A stretch of DNA of 48,274 nucleotides. It comes from Catajapyx aquilonaris. Taxonomy: Eukaryota. Each line of letters begins with the position of its first letter. Position 1 is the stretch's first letter. The position numbers and the translations under genes are program-made. Under the pieces are notes generated by a model. That model saw nothing but the letters and a program-made list of their open reading frames with translations, searched no databases and was not told the origin of the DNA. The DNA lies in assembly GCA_000934665.2 (NCBI GenBank), contig JYFJ02002968.1, positions 1 through 48,274 on the forward strand. The letters run 5' to 3'. Below are positions 35,201 to 48,274 of this stretch, piece by piece.

Positions 35201-38200
35201 AAAGACCACTTTTGATCCACTTGCACCCTTGGATCTCCTGACTTACTTTGCCCAAGATGATGTCTTCCAGCGTACCTATCAGCTCATCTCAGGGCTGAAG
35301 GACTTGGAGGAGTTGGACGATAAATATGGGGTGGTCGTGACCTTGGGACAATACCTGCAGGATGATAAACTGAGCGTTGTAGTTCTCATGCTGGAATCAA
35401 TGATGGACGATGCGAACATTCCCAGCTTTGTCGCCAATTTTCTGAAGCCCTTTGTGAAGAAGCATGGACTGCACATCAAAGACGCACTTCTTCACTACAT
35501 TGAGGTATGGCTAGAATCCTTGTTAACAATTTGAGTCCGTGACTAATGACTCCGTAAATGCAGGAATCTGTCTGCATTGAGGAGTTCAACTTGGCTGCAG
35601 TAACATCTTGGGAGAGCCGCCTTCTGTCATTGTACAAATGCATTGAAGATGTTCAGGCAAGTACTCACATGTACAATGTTAAATCATTGTGACGTTACGT
35701 CTTCAAATTATGTTTGTAAAGGCATCTGCGAGGACTGTACTAATTTTTAATGGTGTTGTCTCCTTCAGACGAGAGCCAAGGCTGTTCTTAGCATTGTGCA
35801 GAAGGCACCTATTCCATGGAGTGAAAGAATTGCTTCCCTGGCGGAATCGGGTGGAAATTTTCCTACCCCATACGGGGAACAGATATCCATGCAAAAGAAG
35901 CTGGTCAGCGTCAAGCAGGTCATGCGAAAGTATGGCAAATGGCATTTCGACCTGGACAGTATCGGGCAATCGCAGGTTAGGTTCAACACATATTTTGTCA
36001 AATAAATTTACCATTGCATGTTGCTAACAGGGTAATTACAATGTGATATTTGGGAAGGACAAGGTGATTCGATGATTCTTTGCAGACTATGGTTCAGTAC
36101 ATTCTGAAGCAAAATGGGAAAGACTCGGTAAAAGATGCTGGGGAAGTGGCTCGCTTTTCAAATTGCTTCTCAGTCGACTTGGTTTTTGCCATGAGGCTCA
36201 AGACGCTAATGGAAGAAGGGTAAGTTTGCTGTAAGAGTGAACCAAGTACCTCACTATAATTGCGTATGATTGTGCTGCAGGGATGAAGCGAATCTGGAGG
36301 AGTTTTTGCTAACTGTACGCGCAGAGAGAAGAGCTGGTTGCTGCAGAAGGTTTTTGTCTCTGATTGCTTCAAAATTTGTGCTCTTGGTAAGTTGAATGCC
36401 TTCGCATGATCTTATTGCATTTCCCCGGACTCAAAATTTATCGCAGGCAATCCTTAGTATAAATGGAAAGTTTCCAAACTGAGCAAGGTAGCGATGTGTG
36501 TTGTGTCAATTCTATGCAGGCTGATGACGAGAGAAAGGAGCAGTATGTGCTCCTACGGGACTTTATTCTGCCTCGTCTCTCAAAGTGGCTGGACTGGGGA
36601 TTTTGCGAGGAGTGGGTCGACTTTTTGGAACGCCTTCCGCCTGAAGACCTGCAGATTCTACTGCCTTACAAGGTGAGTCGGGATCACTAAGCATTTCTTC
36701 GTGTACTCTAGCTTCACAACTTACACATTATCCGAGTACTGAAATAGTTTGGATGTGATATCCACTGCAGTTCGTCAGGAATTTCCTCAATTAAAAACAA
36801 GTGGTGATAGCTCAAAACATCTTTAAATAGAGGTTCACCTATGTCAGTACTCGTTTCCAAGCGTAAGATTTTAAAACGTGGAATTCCTATTGATAAAATC
36901 CATTTGCATAGTTCTGGATTTTAAATTATAAATTTCACTTTGTTCTTTTCTTGCCACTGTGAACGGAGAAGAAGCAACTGAGGTAGTTCACTTATTGACA
37001 AGTTTTTTAAACATTCCAACATTACATGCGTGCACTTACAGTGCTCTAATTACAGCTCATAAAACGTCAACGGGACTGTGGAATTCCGGTGACAGTCACG
37101 GAAAAATGTGTGGAATCCACAAAGGAAGACATATTGGAATGCATGCTAAATGGATCGTCTGTGCTTTTGTGCTACCAAAAGGCTCTGGAAGTCGCGTACA
37201 TTCTCAGGATTTCTCCGATACAAGTGGCATCAAAAGTTGCGCTGCAACTTGCAAAGAAGGGAAAGGGGACCATTGGCATCGGATTATTGAGGTGAGACTT
37301 TGCGCAGTCCAGAAGTAATTAAGATAAATTATTTTTTGTTACTTGTGTTCCTAGTTTTTTGGAGCCGTTTGTACCTAACCAACCAGCAGCGGATATATTA
37401 GCTGAAGCCATACCTCTGCTTCTGACCGATTGGCTGCAGCAGCGAGATCCGAGTCAGCTCCCTTCCATAATGAATTACGCCAGCTACTCCGCCACATACT
37501 GCAGTCCAGGTAATGAAGCAAATAGTCATTCGCATGCCTCACTATCTGAAAGAAACTAATCTCAACTGCAGTGTATTTCCAACAAAATTTGTATAATGAC
37601 GAGTGGACTAGTGTCCATTGAATCCTTGGTATTTTACGGACGTGAAAATTGCCCTAGTAATTTATACGGAAGGGAGGAAGTGTAGCCTATTCATTATGCT
37701 TTATGTATGTGTTGCACTTTTTGTTTCAGCTCATTTGGCCCTGATGTCGTGGATGAGCAAACTGTGCCAACTTCTGGTGGACCTCCATCACACTGTTGCC
37801 GACATATCTGATCAGAGGGATCCCTACGAGGAATGGTCCTTTGAAGGGATCTATGAAGATATTTCCTTGCATTACATGGATTGTGATCTCAGCCCTCTTG
37901 TCAAATGGCTAGTAGGTAAGTTAAGCCCTAAACGAAACGGTTGTGTCTGAAAATAATGCTTTTCAATCTTAGACGTGGCTGTCATCATGCAATGTGAGTT
38001 GCAGTACGGTGCTACACCTGGCAGCACGACTGTAAGTTCACATTAAAATAAATTTAGGAATTAGATTTTGAAACCATCCTTTTCACAGGCCCTGCTGAGC
38101 CCACCGCCATTTGGCAACATGATCACTTTGATGTACCATGGCCAAAACTTTCTGACATTGCGGGTCTTGCAAGTTTTAATAACGGCACAGACGCTACTAG

Positions 38201-41148
38201 GGGTAAGTAGCGTTTGTAATATTTTATATGGGATTTCGATGTTAGTCCATTTGGAAGATGTGTGATTTAAGCATAAATGCAACCGGAAAACGTCACATGT
38301 TCTCCTTTTTGCAGCTGGATTTTGGGGTCCCTAACCCTGACACTGTGACCTACATGGAAAAACTTGTTACCGTTTTGCTGGAGAAGATAATCTGTGCGGA
38401 AGAACCGGACATTACCCTGGCGTATGGCTTACTATGCGGAATCCCACTGGAAAAAGTTGCATCCCTGCTGCAAAGTGGAGTCCGCAGGTCAGTTTTCCCC
38501 AATCTGCTTTGTTACTTTTCAGAAACTCGATCAAGTTTACAAACTGTATAGTTAATCTATTACAGACTCGGCTCTGATCCTCACCATCTGCTGTCCCTCT
38601 CGAGATTGGGAATGGAATTTGAACGTGAAGAGGAAGTGTTCCAGCAATATAGTCTTCTTCACCTCCGAGCGCAATGGGGACTGTCTCTTGCACACTTTAA
38701 TCTGGATGGAATAGGTGGGTTCGTTTAAAGAACATTACTAAATTTTAAACCTACTTTGAAGCTGTTTTATTACGGGGAACAATCAGGAAATAAACGCATT
38801 ACAATGCCCTTATTTCAGGTTGCTTCCTTACTGGTGAGAAGAGACCTTCACATATCCTCCGACAGTTGATCTCCCGGACTGACGCAAAGCTTCAGACGAT
38901 ATGCCAGTTTTGTAACGACTTCTCCATTGATATCGGTGCAGCGTTGGAGGGGCATTTGACGTACCTTCTGCATGATTGCCCCATCAACATAGATTCCGAT
39001 GGAAATTCAAGTAAGCAGTGTGCATATATTGAATTATTTCGGACACTCACATGCATTAATTATGAGTAAGTGTCTGTAATAATATATAGAACAATAATGA
39101 TATTGTGCCAACATGTGTGAATATTTGAAATTTTCTTTTGCCTTACAGATATCTATGCGATTGTTGAAAGGGCCGAGTCCGTTTGGGAAAAACTCTCCGT
39201 GCAGATAGGATCTAGCAGCTCCTTAGTAAAGCTGTTCAGAAAAGTGTCTCCTTACAACTACGAGGCTCTCTCCTGGATGCTCAATGCGATCAGTGCAGCT
39301 CCGTCATCTCCTGGTTTCGACATATCGAAATTTATCAAGACTGGATCGGAGCTCCTCGCATTCCTAAGGAATTATGAGCGTCGGAGCCTTCCCGGAGAGC
39401 ACGAAAAGCTGACGGAACTGGAAGGAAACAACCCTGCAAAAGTGTTGGCCACGACTCGCCTGCCCTTTCACCAGATGCTCCAGAAAGAAGTGGTGTGCAA
39501 GATCATCAGTAAGTCCATTCCGTTTACCAGAATAAAGCCAAGTTCAACCGTGCGCTTCTTTTCGCAGATAAGGAGCTGAGTCTGAACAACATAAATCTGT
39601 GGCTGCAGCTTTCCGTGCTTCTCAAGCAGCCGGCCGATACCTTGTGTGCGCAGGCCATTCAGAATTCTGTGAGTCTGTTTTTGCGCAATTACTTCACAAA
39701 CGACCACTCGTTTAAATGTGACATTGTAGGTGCAAGAATGTTTGGAACAAGGCAGCGAGGACCTTATGGATGAGGTAGTGACTAGCATAGAGCATTGCGT
39801 CCAGCACATAAAGGACGTGAGTCTGGCTCTGGCTTGTGTGAACACCGTCACCAACAAGTTGCCCCTGGGCAGGGCAAAGGTTAAGGCAGCCAGACTAAGG
39901 GTTAAGATGGCTGAATCGGCCCTCAGAATCGACAGCAGCGAACACTCACGGCTAGTACTGCAGAAGGTATAACTTTGCATGTAGCAATGACAAATTTATG
40001 TGACGTACTTTACGTAATGTTTACATGTGCTACACGACCTCATGTGTTTAATCAGATGAGCTCGCGGCTGAGAGAACTGAGCGTGGAACTGATCTTGCAA
40101 GAGAACAGGATTGATTCACCCCAATTTCTTGAACTGATCGGGAAACCTGAAGACCTAATAATGGCCCTGTACAAGAGCTGCGACCCGCTTAATTCGAATG
40201 TGACCGTTGAGGAGATATCATGTGGGTTTGATCACCGGAGTCGTTATGAGCACAAATATTGACATTACTTGTTTGACAGGCCTTAAGAATGTGGTGATGG
40301 ACATATCCGAGAAGGTGTCCACTCCGTTGTCTCAATTCCAAATGCGGCTGCTGGAAGAGTGGCTTCACTTGGCGTCACAGCTGGCACCAAACGGAGAAGG
40401 CTTTGCCATGTATTTGGCCAAGTGCGTCTTCTTGTTTGATACGTGCTAAGTTTGCACCGCTGAATCGTTTAAGTAAGTACACCTTATTTGCAGGATAATA
40501 GTATTGCTGCCGAGAGACGCAGACAGCCTGTGCCTGATGCACATGATGTCAGTAGCTATGGATGCGGAATCTCCGGCTCCTAAGCGCCTTTGCACCATGA
40601 TATGTCTGTGGACGAATGAGGAGAGTCGACAGAAACTGATGGACTATGATGGAATTTCTGACGAGGCAGAGCTCAGGTCAGTCATTGGCAGATGCCATGA
40701 CAAATACGGAAATGATGTGTCCGCATTAATTGAAACCAAATTCTGAAGATGTTAGCGGCACAGTAACATGAATTTTTAATTTAAAGGCATGACATAATGG
40801 TGCTGTACCACTCTGTCCGTCTGGGATCACTCCGGACGGCTTACCCTCCTGAAGCACTGAAGGTGGTGAACAAAGGGGCCGTGATATGGAGTGTCCTGCG
40901 AACTCAAGGGGCCAACCAGAAGGCAATCACAGTTCTCGTTAACTTCGCCTTGGACTTCGGGATAGACGACCAGAAGTTGTGGGGAATACTGTACTCGCAC
41001 CTCAAGACCCTCCCGATGGTGAGGCTTTAAATTCCTTACGAGTGCTGGCAAATTTATGCCCATTAAATTGTTGTTGTCTTTCCAGGGCGATCTGTTGGCG
41101 CATGTGAAGCAACGCATTCCAGTCCTAGTGAAGCAGCTGGAGAAGTAG
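32244..41148 (+). CDS. rod: Kinetochore-associated protein 1 / Rough deal (RZZ complex), ~30 exons
   Basis: Start MWEANVPN (32244). Beta-propeller segment DCSAWSSDGLFLLLALSNGALNLV; FTNLQFELMTELL...FEEASKLQ; RLLRHARFTEAEKMAMTFNMD; VIWQRH; QKAPIPWS; AQWGLSL; KVSPYNYEAL; TRLPFH. All resemble recalled KNTC1/Rod segments. Last exon 41086-41148 ends in TAG. Confidence 0.88.
32801..33099 (-). mobile_element. tRNA-derived SINE in rod intron 2
   Basis: Minus-strand head with an A-box-like TGGCGCTGCGTC and B-box GGTTCAATTCC, a GC-rich body, an A-rich (AAAT/AAT) tail, and an 11-bp TSD TACTTTTATTT at 32790-32800 and 33100-33110. Confidence 0.82.
33124..33252 (-). mobile_element. Short Helitron-like element with X-box-like motifs
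   Basis: Minus strand reads TATGTATATAAAGGAAAGTTCGTTTG...CATGGCAAC...GTCTCCATGGCTAC...GTTACCATGGCATC...GGGCGAATGTGCTCC ATTG CTAG|T, so it has both a Helitron-type 5' end and a CTAG 3' end. Confidence 0.6.
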
Positions 41149-41579
41149 ACACGTTTCCAGTTATCAGGTGATATTTCGCACCTGTTAAAGGGTGGCATTG
41201 TTTCACCAGCTAATTCTTGTTAATAAATTGCATTCTGTACGCAATCATTCTTATACTTAATTAAGAACATTACAAGTTCCAGTATTGTGCCGAGATATCA
41301 TAATTAACACACTGTACGAAGTCTATCACATTTTGTCTATATTCTGTTTATTGCTTACACGTTACAATGAAATTATATTAATATTTTCATCTGCACCGTT
41401 ACTGGGTTTAGCTGCATCAGCTACTGATTGAGTAACATGCGAGTTTCACCACGAGTACAAAATAAGTACCGATATGGACATTCGTAATATGTACATAATA
41501 ATCACATTGACACTAGATTTTTTGAAAAGTGCTGAAGCGAAATACTGTTACTGCCGAAATTGAAGTGTTAAGTGGTGGC

Positions 41580-43961
41580 CTAATTTCTGTTCCCAGGAGA
41601 GATTTCGGACATTGACATTCGTGAAACAGTGGTGTTGACGGCACTTGCAGTTGCGTGACTCATCAGGTTTGGCCACCACTTGGACAAGTAGGCAATGACA
41701 GTACGTTTCACTGTCATCTGGACCTGTAATGGCAAATGTTAAAGTACGCCATACCATACGCTACATGTGTATGAAATACTGACCTCGCGATTGAAGTAGC
41801 AGTACAGGAGGGCAACAATCGCACCCTGAAGACCATCTATTATGTAGCTGGCCAGATAGTACGCCTGTTCGGCCAGGCAATCGGACGGCTCAGGTCGCAA
41901 TAGTGTCACTAGAAACTGCAGGCCAAACACTGGCGCCAGCATGAAAGCCGCTTGCGCCGTTCGTCTGTAGGCAAACGACATTAGACATTGTCACGTACAC
42001 AGTACTGGTTGGTACCTGAAGTGACTTGTTTTCCGACTGTGATCCATGGCCAGTTTGGTGATCAGCACTCGGGTGATGTCCAACAGCAGGATTAGGTTGA
42101 CGGCTAGAGCCAACAAGCGGGGTCCATCGGTGATCCACTGGTACTGGAGTGGTGGTGCCAGCCAGCAGGTCTTGACGTGAAGTCCGACCATCACGAATGT
42201 CCATACCAGTGCCGGCAGCAAACCTCCAGCTGCAAATTGCATGGAGCGAATTTCAATTATCATCAAGCGTACCAGTACCTGTAGCCTACTTACCCCATCC
42301 CATGACATAGAGCGGCCAGAGCCTCTTCCACTCTCTGAACGCAGCCATTATAAGATGGTGCAGGTATATCCCTTCGCAGAGATACCAGGAGAATACCAAG
42401 GACGGCGTTGCTTTGTCCAGGAAGACAATGACACGGCACTGCCATCCATCCATGTCCACCAGCGAATCCTTGACTCCGTACAGCTTAGGCAGCATCAGTA
42501 GTCCCTTGTACAGAATCACTTCAACGCCACGCAGGATCAGGACCAGCAGAAGCTGGCAGTGGACCATGTTACGTGTGTTCCGCAGCGATCTGCAGGACAT
42601 TTGCATGATACGTTTGCATATTGCATGACTGCAGTACTTACTTGAACCCTAGCAGAATTGCGAGTGCTGGGATGGACAATATCAGTGAGAATATGTGCAC
42701 GTGAATATGCCAGTGTGCACGGTACGTCAAGTTAGTCCCTTCCATGCCGCACGGGTCGTAGTTTGTCGTCTGGTTCCACTTGCCTCGGTCCAAACAGTAC
42801 TTCTCGGCGTACACTACAATGCAATGTGTCAGTGGGCTCGTTACGGTACAGGTTGCTCCTGTACGTACCATTACAAGTAGGCGCATCCCCAACGAATATG
42901 TAACTAGGGCATGGTTTCTTCTGCACCGAGTTTTCAGGCGACGCTCTCCAGCAGGCCCAACTGTCCCAGAGCTCCGGACAAGTACGGCTTGGATCCATCC
43001 CACCTGGACCCAATTCCCCAGCAGCCATCCTGGAGCAGCAATCCTCCGCAGCCTCGCAGCAACTCAGCCACTTCTGGACCTCATCTCCGCTTATGAACGT
43101 CTCGCTGATCAACGACACCGCCTCCGGATCACTCCGGTTGGCCCAAAGGCAATGCGTCATGTTCAATCGCAATGCAAACATCTGTAGTTAGAAACATCCA
43201 CATTTTAATATTTTACCACGATTTTTATTCATTAAAGGACAACTTATATTTTATACGGTCTAATATCATGTAACTAATATTTCCCACACAATATCATGTA
43301 AATAATATTTCTACCTAATGTCAAGTAGCTAATATTACCTACATATTATATAGCTATCTCCATATCATGAAACTAATATTTCTACATATGCAGCTAATAT
43401 TATTGTGTATTACCATATAACTAATATTTTCTACATAATAGAACTATTTTATGTATTCTATAATATAAAACATGTACTGCATCGCAATACCATGTAACTA
43501 ATATTTCAGCATACTAGAACATTTCAGCATGCAAATAATTTCTGCACAAATTCATTGATAATTTCTACCTAATATGCGGTATATTTTCCGATTAACGGTT
43601 AAAAGTATATATTGAATATTTCAGAGCGAGTATTACCTACTTTCATAGTTAATTGTTATGCCCAGTGACACTTGATTGTTGGCAGTGGATTACTAGGCAA
43701 TAATTATACCTGATTCTTCGGATTGCGTTGGTTGGCCTGTACTCCAAGTTCCTTGTGGAACTGGTTTGGCATCACGAAGCGATAGCACATCGAGCAGGTA
43801 CCAAGTGCGAACCAGTTCTTGGCGTACTTTCCCCCGCCCATGAAGCGACACACGCGCGGACCATCCTCGGGTGGTGCTGGAGCCCACGTACGGTAACATG
43901 GTACAACTGAGGAGGACTGGACAGCCGCAAGTGACAGGACCAGCACGATCAGGACGGACAT
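41580..43961 (-). CDS. Class B1 (secretin-family) GPCR, calcitonin/CGRP-receptor-like, hector-type
   Basis: Exons 43961-43710, 43181-42869, 42813-42642, 42589-42294, 42229-42016, 41964-41784 and 41723-41580, all in frame. Signal peptide, hormone-binding domain CPELWDSWACW...CP...KYC...GKW...TNYDPC, SLRNTRNMVH, FSWYLCEGIYLH, YVMGWG, LAPVFGL, LQGAIVALLYCYFNREV. An alternative in-frame ATG lies at 43997. Confidence 0.9.
43250..43570. repeat. Degenerate ~28-30 bp AT-rich tandem repeat in GPCR intron 1
   Basis: Recurrent CATGTAACTAATATTT(T)CTACATAATAT-like units. Confidence 0.65.
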
Positions 43962-44082
43962 TGCGGGGGACTGCCGATCAAACGACTGCGCAATCATATC
44001 TAATCATAACCCGATAAAAAGACGTCATTGCCTTTATTCAAACACCTGAAATATTATCGCACTCTTTTCTGAGCAATGTGTT

Positions 44083-44098
44083 GGCCCTGAAAAGGGCC
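44083..44098 (-). promoter_or_regulatory. Histone 3' stem-loop (H4)
   Basis: AAAC-GGCCCTTTTCAGGGCC-AAC on the minus strand, followed by purine-rich AGAAAAGAG (HDE-like). Confidence 0.95.
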
Positions 44099-44142
44099 GT
44101 TTGTTTCAGTTGAGTTCTACCGGTAGGACCACCCGGTGATGT

Positions 44143-44672
<530 letters not shown>

Positions 44673-45319
44673 ACTGCAGCTGTGTTTTTTCACACATGCT
44701 TTTCAGTATGGGTGGATAATTAATTACACTTAACTGCACAGCAGCAGGAGACATGACATCAAGTAAACAATGCTAATACAGCCGTCCTTCACAGAGCAAT
44801 TACCCCGTACTTGCTGTAAGCCCGCCACAGCATGAGCATTTTTCCAGTCAAAATTGCGGTGCAATTATTTTGTACACTTGCTTTGCAACAATGATTGATT
44901 ATTTGATTCATTTGGTTAGAATTTGTATGGCACAGCAGCACCAGATTTGCCAAGAGATTTGCAGTAAACAGTGCCGTGTTGCACCGAGCGTTAATCGGTT
45001 TTGGCGTAATGGTGCCGGAAAAAATTCCAGACGTTAGTCAGTTTCTGTTCCGTCAGTTTTTTGCCTCGCAAAAAAAAAGGGGGGGNGGGGGGAGGGCGGG
45101 CAGCTGCTGCTTTTGGGTCCGGAAAAAGGACCGTTACTTATTTGAATTACAAAGCGTACTGCCTGGATCTCAAGGTGTTGGGCACGGCTGGCATGCAGTT
45201 CATGTACATGCTCAAATCAGGTACAGCACTGCACGTAATGGATCGTAATTAGCATGTTATTTTTTATTTTTTAAATTTGTAATTAGCGTCGAGTATTATA
45301 CTTATCCCGAACTGCCCCG

Positions 45320-45403
45320 TTTGGCGCCAGAATTCAGCCAATAGCGAGCGTCGTTATTTTGACCAATCGTAGAGCGAGCCGGTCGGCTAGGGAGGGTATA
45401 AAA
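45320..45403 (+). promoter_or_regulatory. H3 promoter
   Basis: E2F-type TTTGGCGCCA (45320-45329), two CCAAT boxes (~45338, ~45363) and TATAAAA (45397-45403). Confidence 0.7.
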
Positions 45404-45478
45404 CGGCCACATTTTTCCGCCAAAAATTTATTCAGCCCTTGACCGTTGCACGAGAAGGATCGACTCGCTCTCCCGTGA

Positions 45479-45892
<414 letters not shown>

Positions 45893-45944
45893 ATTAGAGG
45901 GTGAAGCAGCCTTGCCGCATCGACATCAGCCGGCATCACAAAAC

Positions 45945-45960
45945 GGCCCTTTTCAGGGCC
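45945..45960 (+). promoter_or_regulatory. Histone 3' stem-loop (H3)
   Basis: AAAAC-GGCCCTTTTCAGGGCC-ACCAAA. Confidence 0.95.
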
Positions 45961-46760
45961 ACCAAATTGATCCAGTTTGAGATGAAAAAGCAAGCATGAA
46001 ACTTCTCAATAAAATCGTAACCCTCTTGATTTGATATATAAGTTGTCTGGCCATCAATTTTCCCTAGATAAATCCTGCGGGCCATACCAACCGGGGTAAA
46101 CCCCCGATTTTAAACCTAAACCTAAAAATTTTCCCTAAATTATTGCGGTCTCTTTCTCTTTCTCTGGGACGCTGTAAATCCTGTTGACCTTTGCTTTATG
46201 GCCGCATAGACAATTCGCATATTGTTACTGCTGTAATGCGCGTAATTTTACAGGGAGCAGAAGTGCAGAACACGGGTTTACAAATTGATACATGTAGATA
46301 TGCAACTGTTATCAAATTTCAACACGTATGAACATTCTCAGACATGTAGGATATGGCGTACCCGTCAGCAGTGGCGTAACAAGCTTCTCAACAATGTCTA
46401 ATAGCCAATTGCAGTATCTATTCTAATGTAGTGATGGGAAAAACGTTATTTTCGCGTAACGATTACAACGTTACCCGTTATTTTAAAATATGAGTTATAA
46501 ATACGCGTTACTGGCATTGGCTATTTATAATAGTAATTTAAACGTGTTGTAAATAACTAATATAAATAACTGCTATCGATATTAGCTATTTATGTAATTA
46601 CCAAGCGCTGGGTAATTTTTCATGGCTCCAGCCGGTTGTAATCGAATCTATAAAGAAAAACTGTTAATAATAATTACAAGTTTGATATGTTTATCATTAT
46701 TAACATTTAAATTAATAATAATTGGGTAGTGCGGACCTCATTCGAGGTATTGCACGGACC

Positions 46761-47068
46761 TTTATTTATTTTGCAATTTTTTACATACAGTTTTTTTTCG
46801 TCGCAACGCCCTGGTCCACGGGCGTATGGGGAAGGGTAGCTTCCCAAGGGAGGGCGCTCTCATGTAGTTTCTAGTCATTGCAGACCCTCTTAAACACCAG
46901 ACCTTTTCTCCTGGCCCCGAGCAGAGAAGGGAGTGCAATTCTGCTCCGGCATGTCGGGTGAAAAGCGGAAAAAGACCCGGCCAAGCAGAGGTGACGGGGA
47001 CGGGATTTGAACCCCGGCCTCCCGCTTGGCTGGCCAGCGGCGTAACCACTAGACCACCATGCCTCCCT
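46761..47068 (-). mobile_element. tRNA(Gly-GCC-like)-derived SINE nested in the hAT element
   Basis: Minus-strand head GGCATGGTGGTCTAGTGGTTACGCCGCTGGCCAGCCAAGCGGGAGGCCGGGGTTCAAATCCCG has A box TGGTCTAGTGG and B box GGTTCAAATCC. The acceptor stem is not closed and a ~230-nt body with an A-rich tail follows, so this is a SINE rather than a tRNA gene. The 5' flank abuts NN and poly-G. Confidence 0.75.
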
Positions 47069-47334
47069 NNGGGGGGGGGGGGGGAATATATAACATAACT
47101 TCGCCCATCCGGAAATACCAGATGGTAGCGTTCTAAAACTTACAATATGCTGTTTCGGATTTCAATAATAGTGCGGGGAAAAAACCTGCATTGAAACATT
47201 TAGTGTCATCAAGGTGTCATCTACAGCAAGTAGAAAGCAAAATAGACAATGATAGACCATTCAGACCTTCCAAAGTCATATGCGACCAAAAATTTGGGAA
47301 TGTTTTATTTAAACACATATTTTCGTTCGTCTAA

Positions 47335-47437
47335 GGCCCGGTTGTGTATGAATGAGTTAACAATAGAGTTAGCGTACATGTAAACAAGTGCTTAATTCCG
47401 TAGTTAACCTTAACTCATGTTTATATACAACCAGCCC
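47335..47437. mobile_element. MITE family A copy nested in the hAT element
   Basis: TIRs GGCCCGGTTGTGTATGAATGAGTTAA / TTAACTCATGTTTATATACAACCAGCCC; flanks TAA / TAT; related to 450-529. Confidence 0.72.
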
Positions 47438-48097
47438 TATGAGAAAGAAGTATTCCACAACGAATATACGAAAAAATCATATTCATTTATTTCATGCAAA
47501 CGTTTTCCATAACGTATAGGCTATATAATAAACTGTTTCATGAAAGAAGAACCGAAAGTGCGACACCAACTCCTTGCGAAATAAGGAATAAATACAAAGA
47601 AACTGTTTCCGAAAGCATCTCCAATCTCCAACCCGTTACAAAAGAACGAATACCGAGGTATGAAAAGAACCGTTTTCAAAAGCGTTACTCGAATGCGTTA
47701 CAAAATAACGTTTCTTAGTAGGCGTTATTTTGTAACGTATTCGAATAACGCATATTTTCAACAGAAATAAGTTATCGTTATTTTTTGTATGAGTTACTTT
47801 TTGATATGCGTTATTTATAACCGTTACGTTATTTTCGTCACATCACTATTCTAATGTTCAGAATCTTCAGATATTAATAATTTAATATCGATATACCAGT
47901 ACGATCTCCCATCACTTGTGCTGGTTTGATTTACTGTTAACGCCTATGGCCCCATGGGTTTGCTGTTTCGTCAGCAGTAGCAGACTCTCTCGAGCTCGTA
48001 AAATGCCTTCATATGCTGAAATGGTTGTGAAACAATGGTAGTTTATTTTTGCACTAGTACTTTATGCTCGGTTCTTTCTCACTTGAATGAAGTGGTT

Positions 48098-48113
48098 GGC
48101 CCTGAAAAGGGCC
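48098..48113 (-). promoter_or_regulatory. Histone 3' stem-loop (H2A)
   Basis: AAAC-GGCCCTTTTCAGGGCC-AACC on the minus strand, with purine-rich GAGAAAGAA downstream. Confidence 0.95.
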
Positions 48114-48146
48114 GTTTGTTAAAATAGTGACGACGACGACGAGTGT

Positions 48147-48274
<128 letters not shown>

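Larger units (their letters stand above)
46429..47848. mobile_element. Non-autonomous hAT DNA transposon between H3 and H2A
   Basis: Termini TAGTGATG / CATCACTA, a perfect 8-bp TSD TTCTAATG (46421-46428, 47849-47856), and dense subterminal CGTTA/TAACG repeats at both ends. No transposase ORF. Confidence 0.85.

Noticed and set aside
45068..45100. G-rich tract as a G-quadruplex element (also 47069-47084)
   Set aside because: Homopolymer runs containing N bases; the sequence is unreliable here.
46990..47063. Functional tRNA-Gly gene
   Set aside because: The acceptor, D and anticodon stems pair poorly and there is no immediate terminator; a SINE body and tail follow.

Overview
Compact, intron-rich arthropod (probably pancrustacean) nuclear DNA; not prokaryotic, and no CRISPR arrays or operons were found. 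Gene order: two tandem ZIP (SLC39 subfamily II) zinc transporter genes (-), the second with a frameshift; ATM/tefu kinase (+); aveugle/HYP SAM adaptor (-), head-to-head with Integrator subunit 8 (+); a divergent ionotropic receptor (-) with an apparent 1-nt frameshift; rough deal/KNTC1 (+); a hector/calcitonin-receptor-like class B GPCR (-); and a replication-dependent histone cluster (H4 -, H3 +, partial H2A -). Introns and spacers hold many small non-autonomous elements: Harbinger-like MITEs, a nested MITE with a 4-bp TSD, a hAT element with an 8-bp TSD, two tRNA-derived SINEs, and Helitron-like fragments carrying RFX X-box-like motifs. I found no clearly new biological system. The best leads are the X-box-bearing Helitron-like family, the H4 gene ending about 90-120 bp upstream of the GPCR on the same strand, the dual 3' processing signals on all three histone genes, and the two frameshifted paralog-family genes. 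Exon boundaries were read by eye, and gene names come from recalled family motifs, not database searches.
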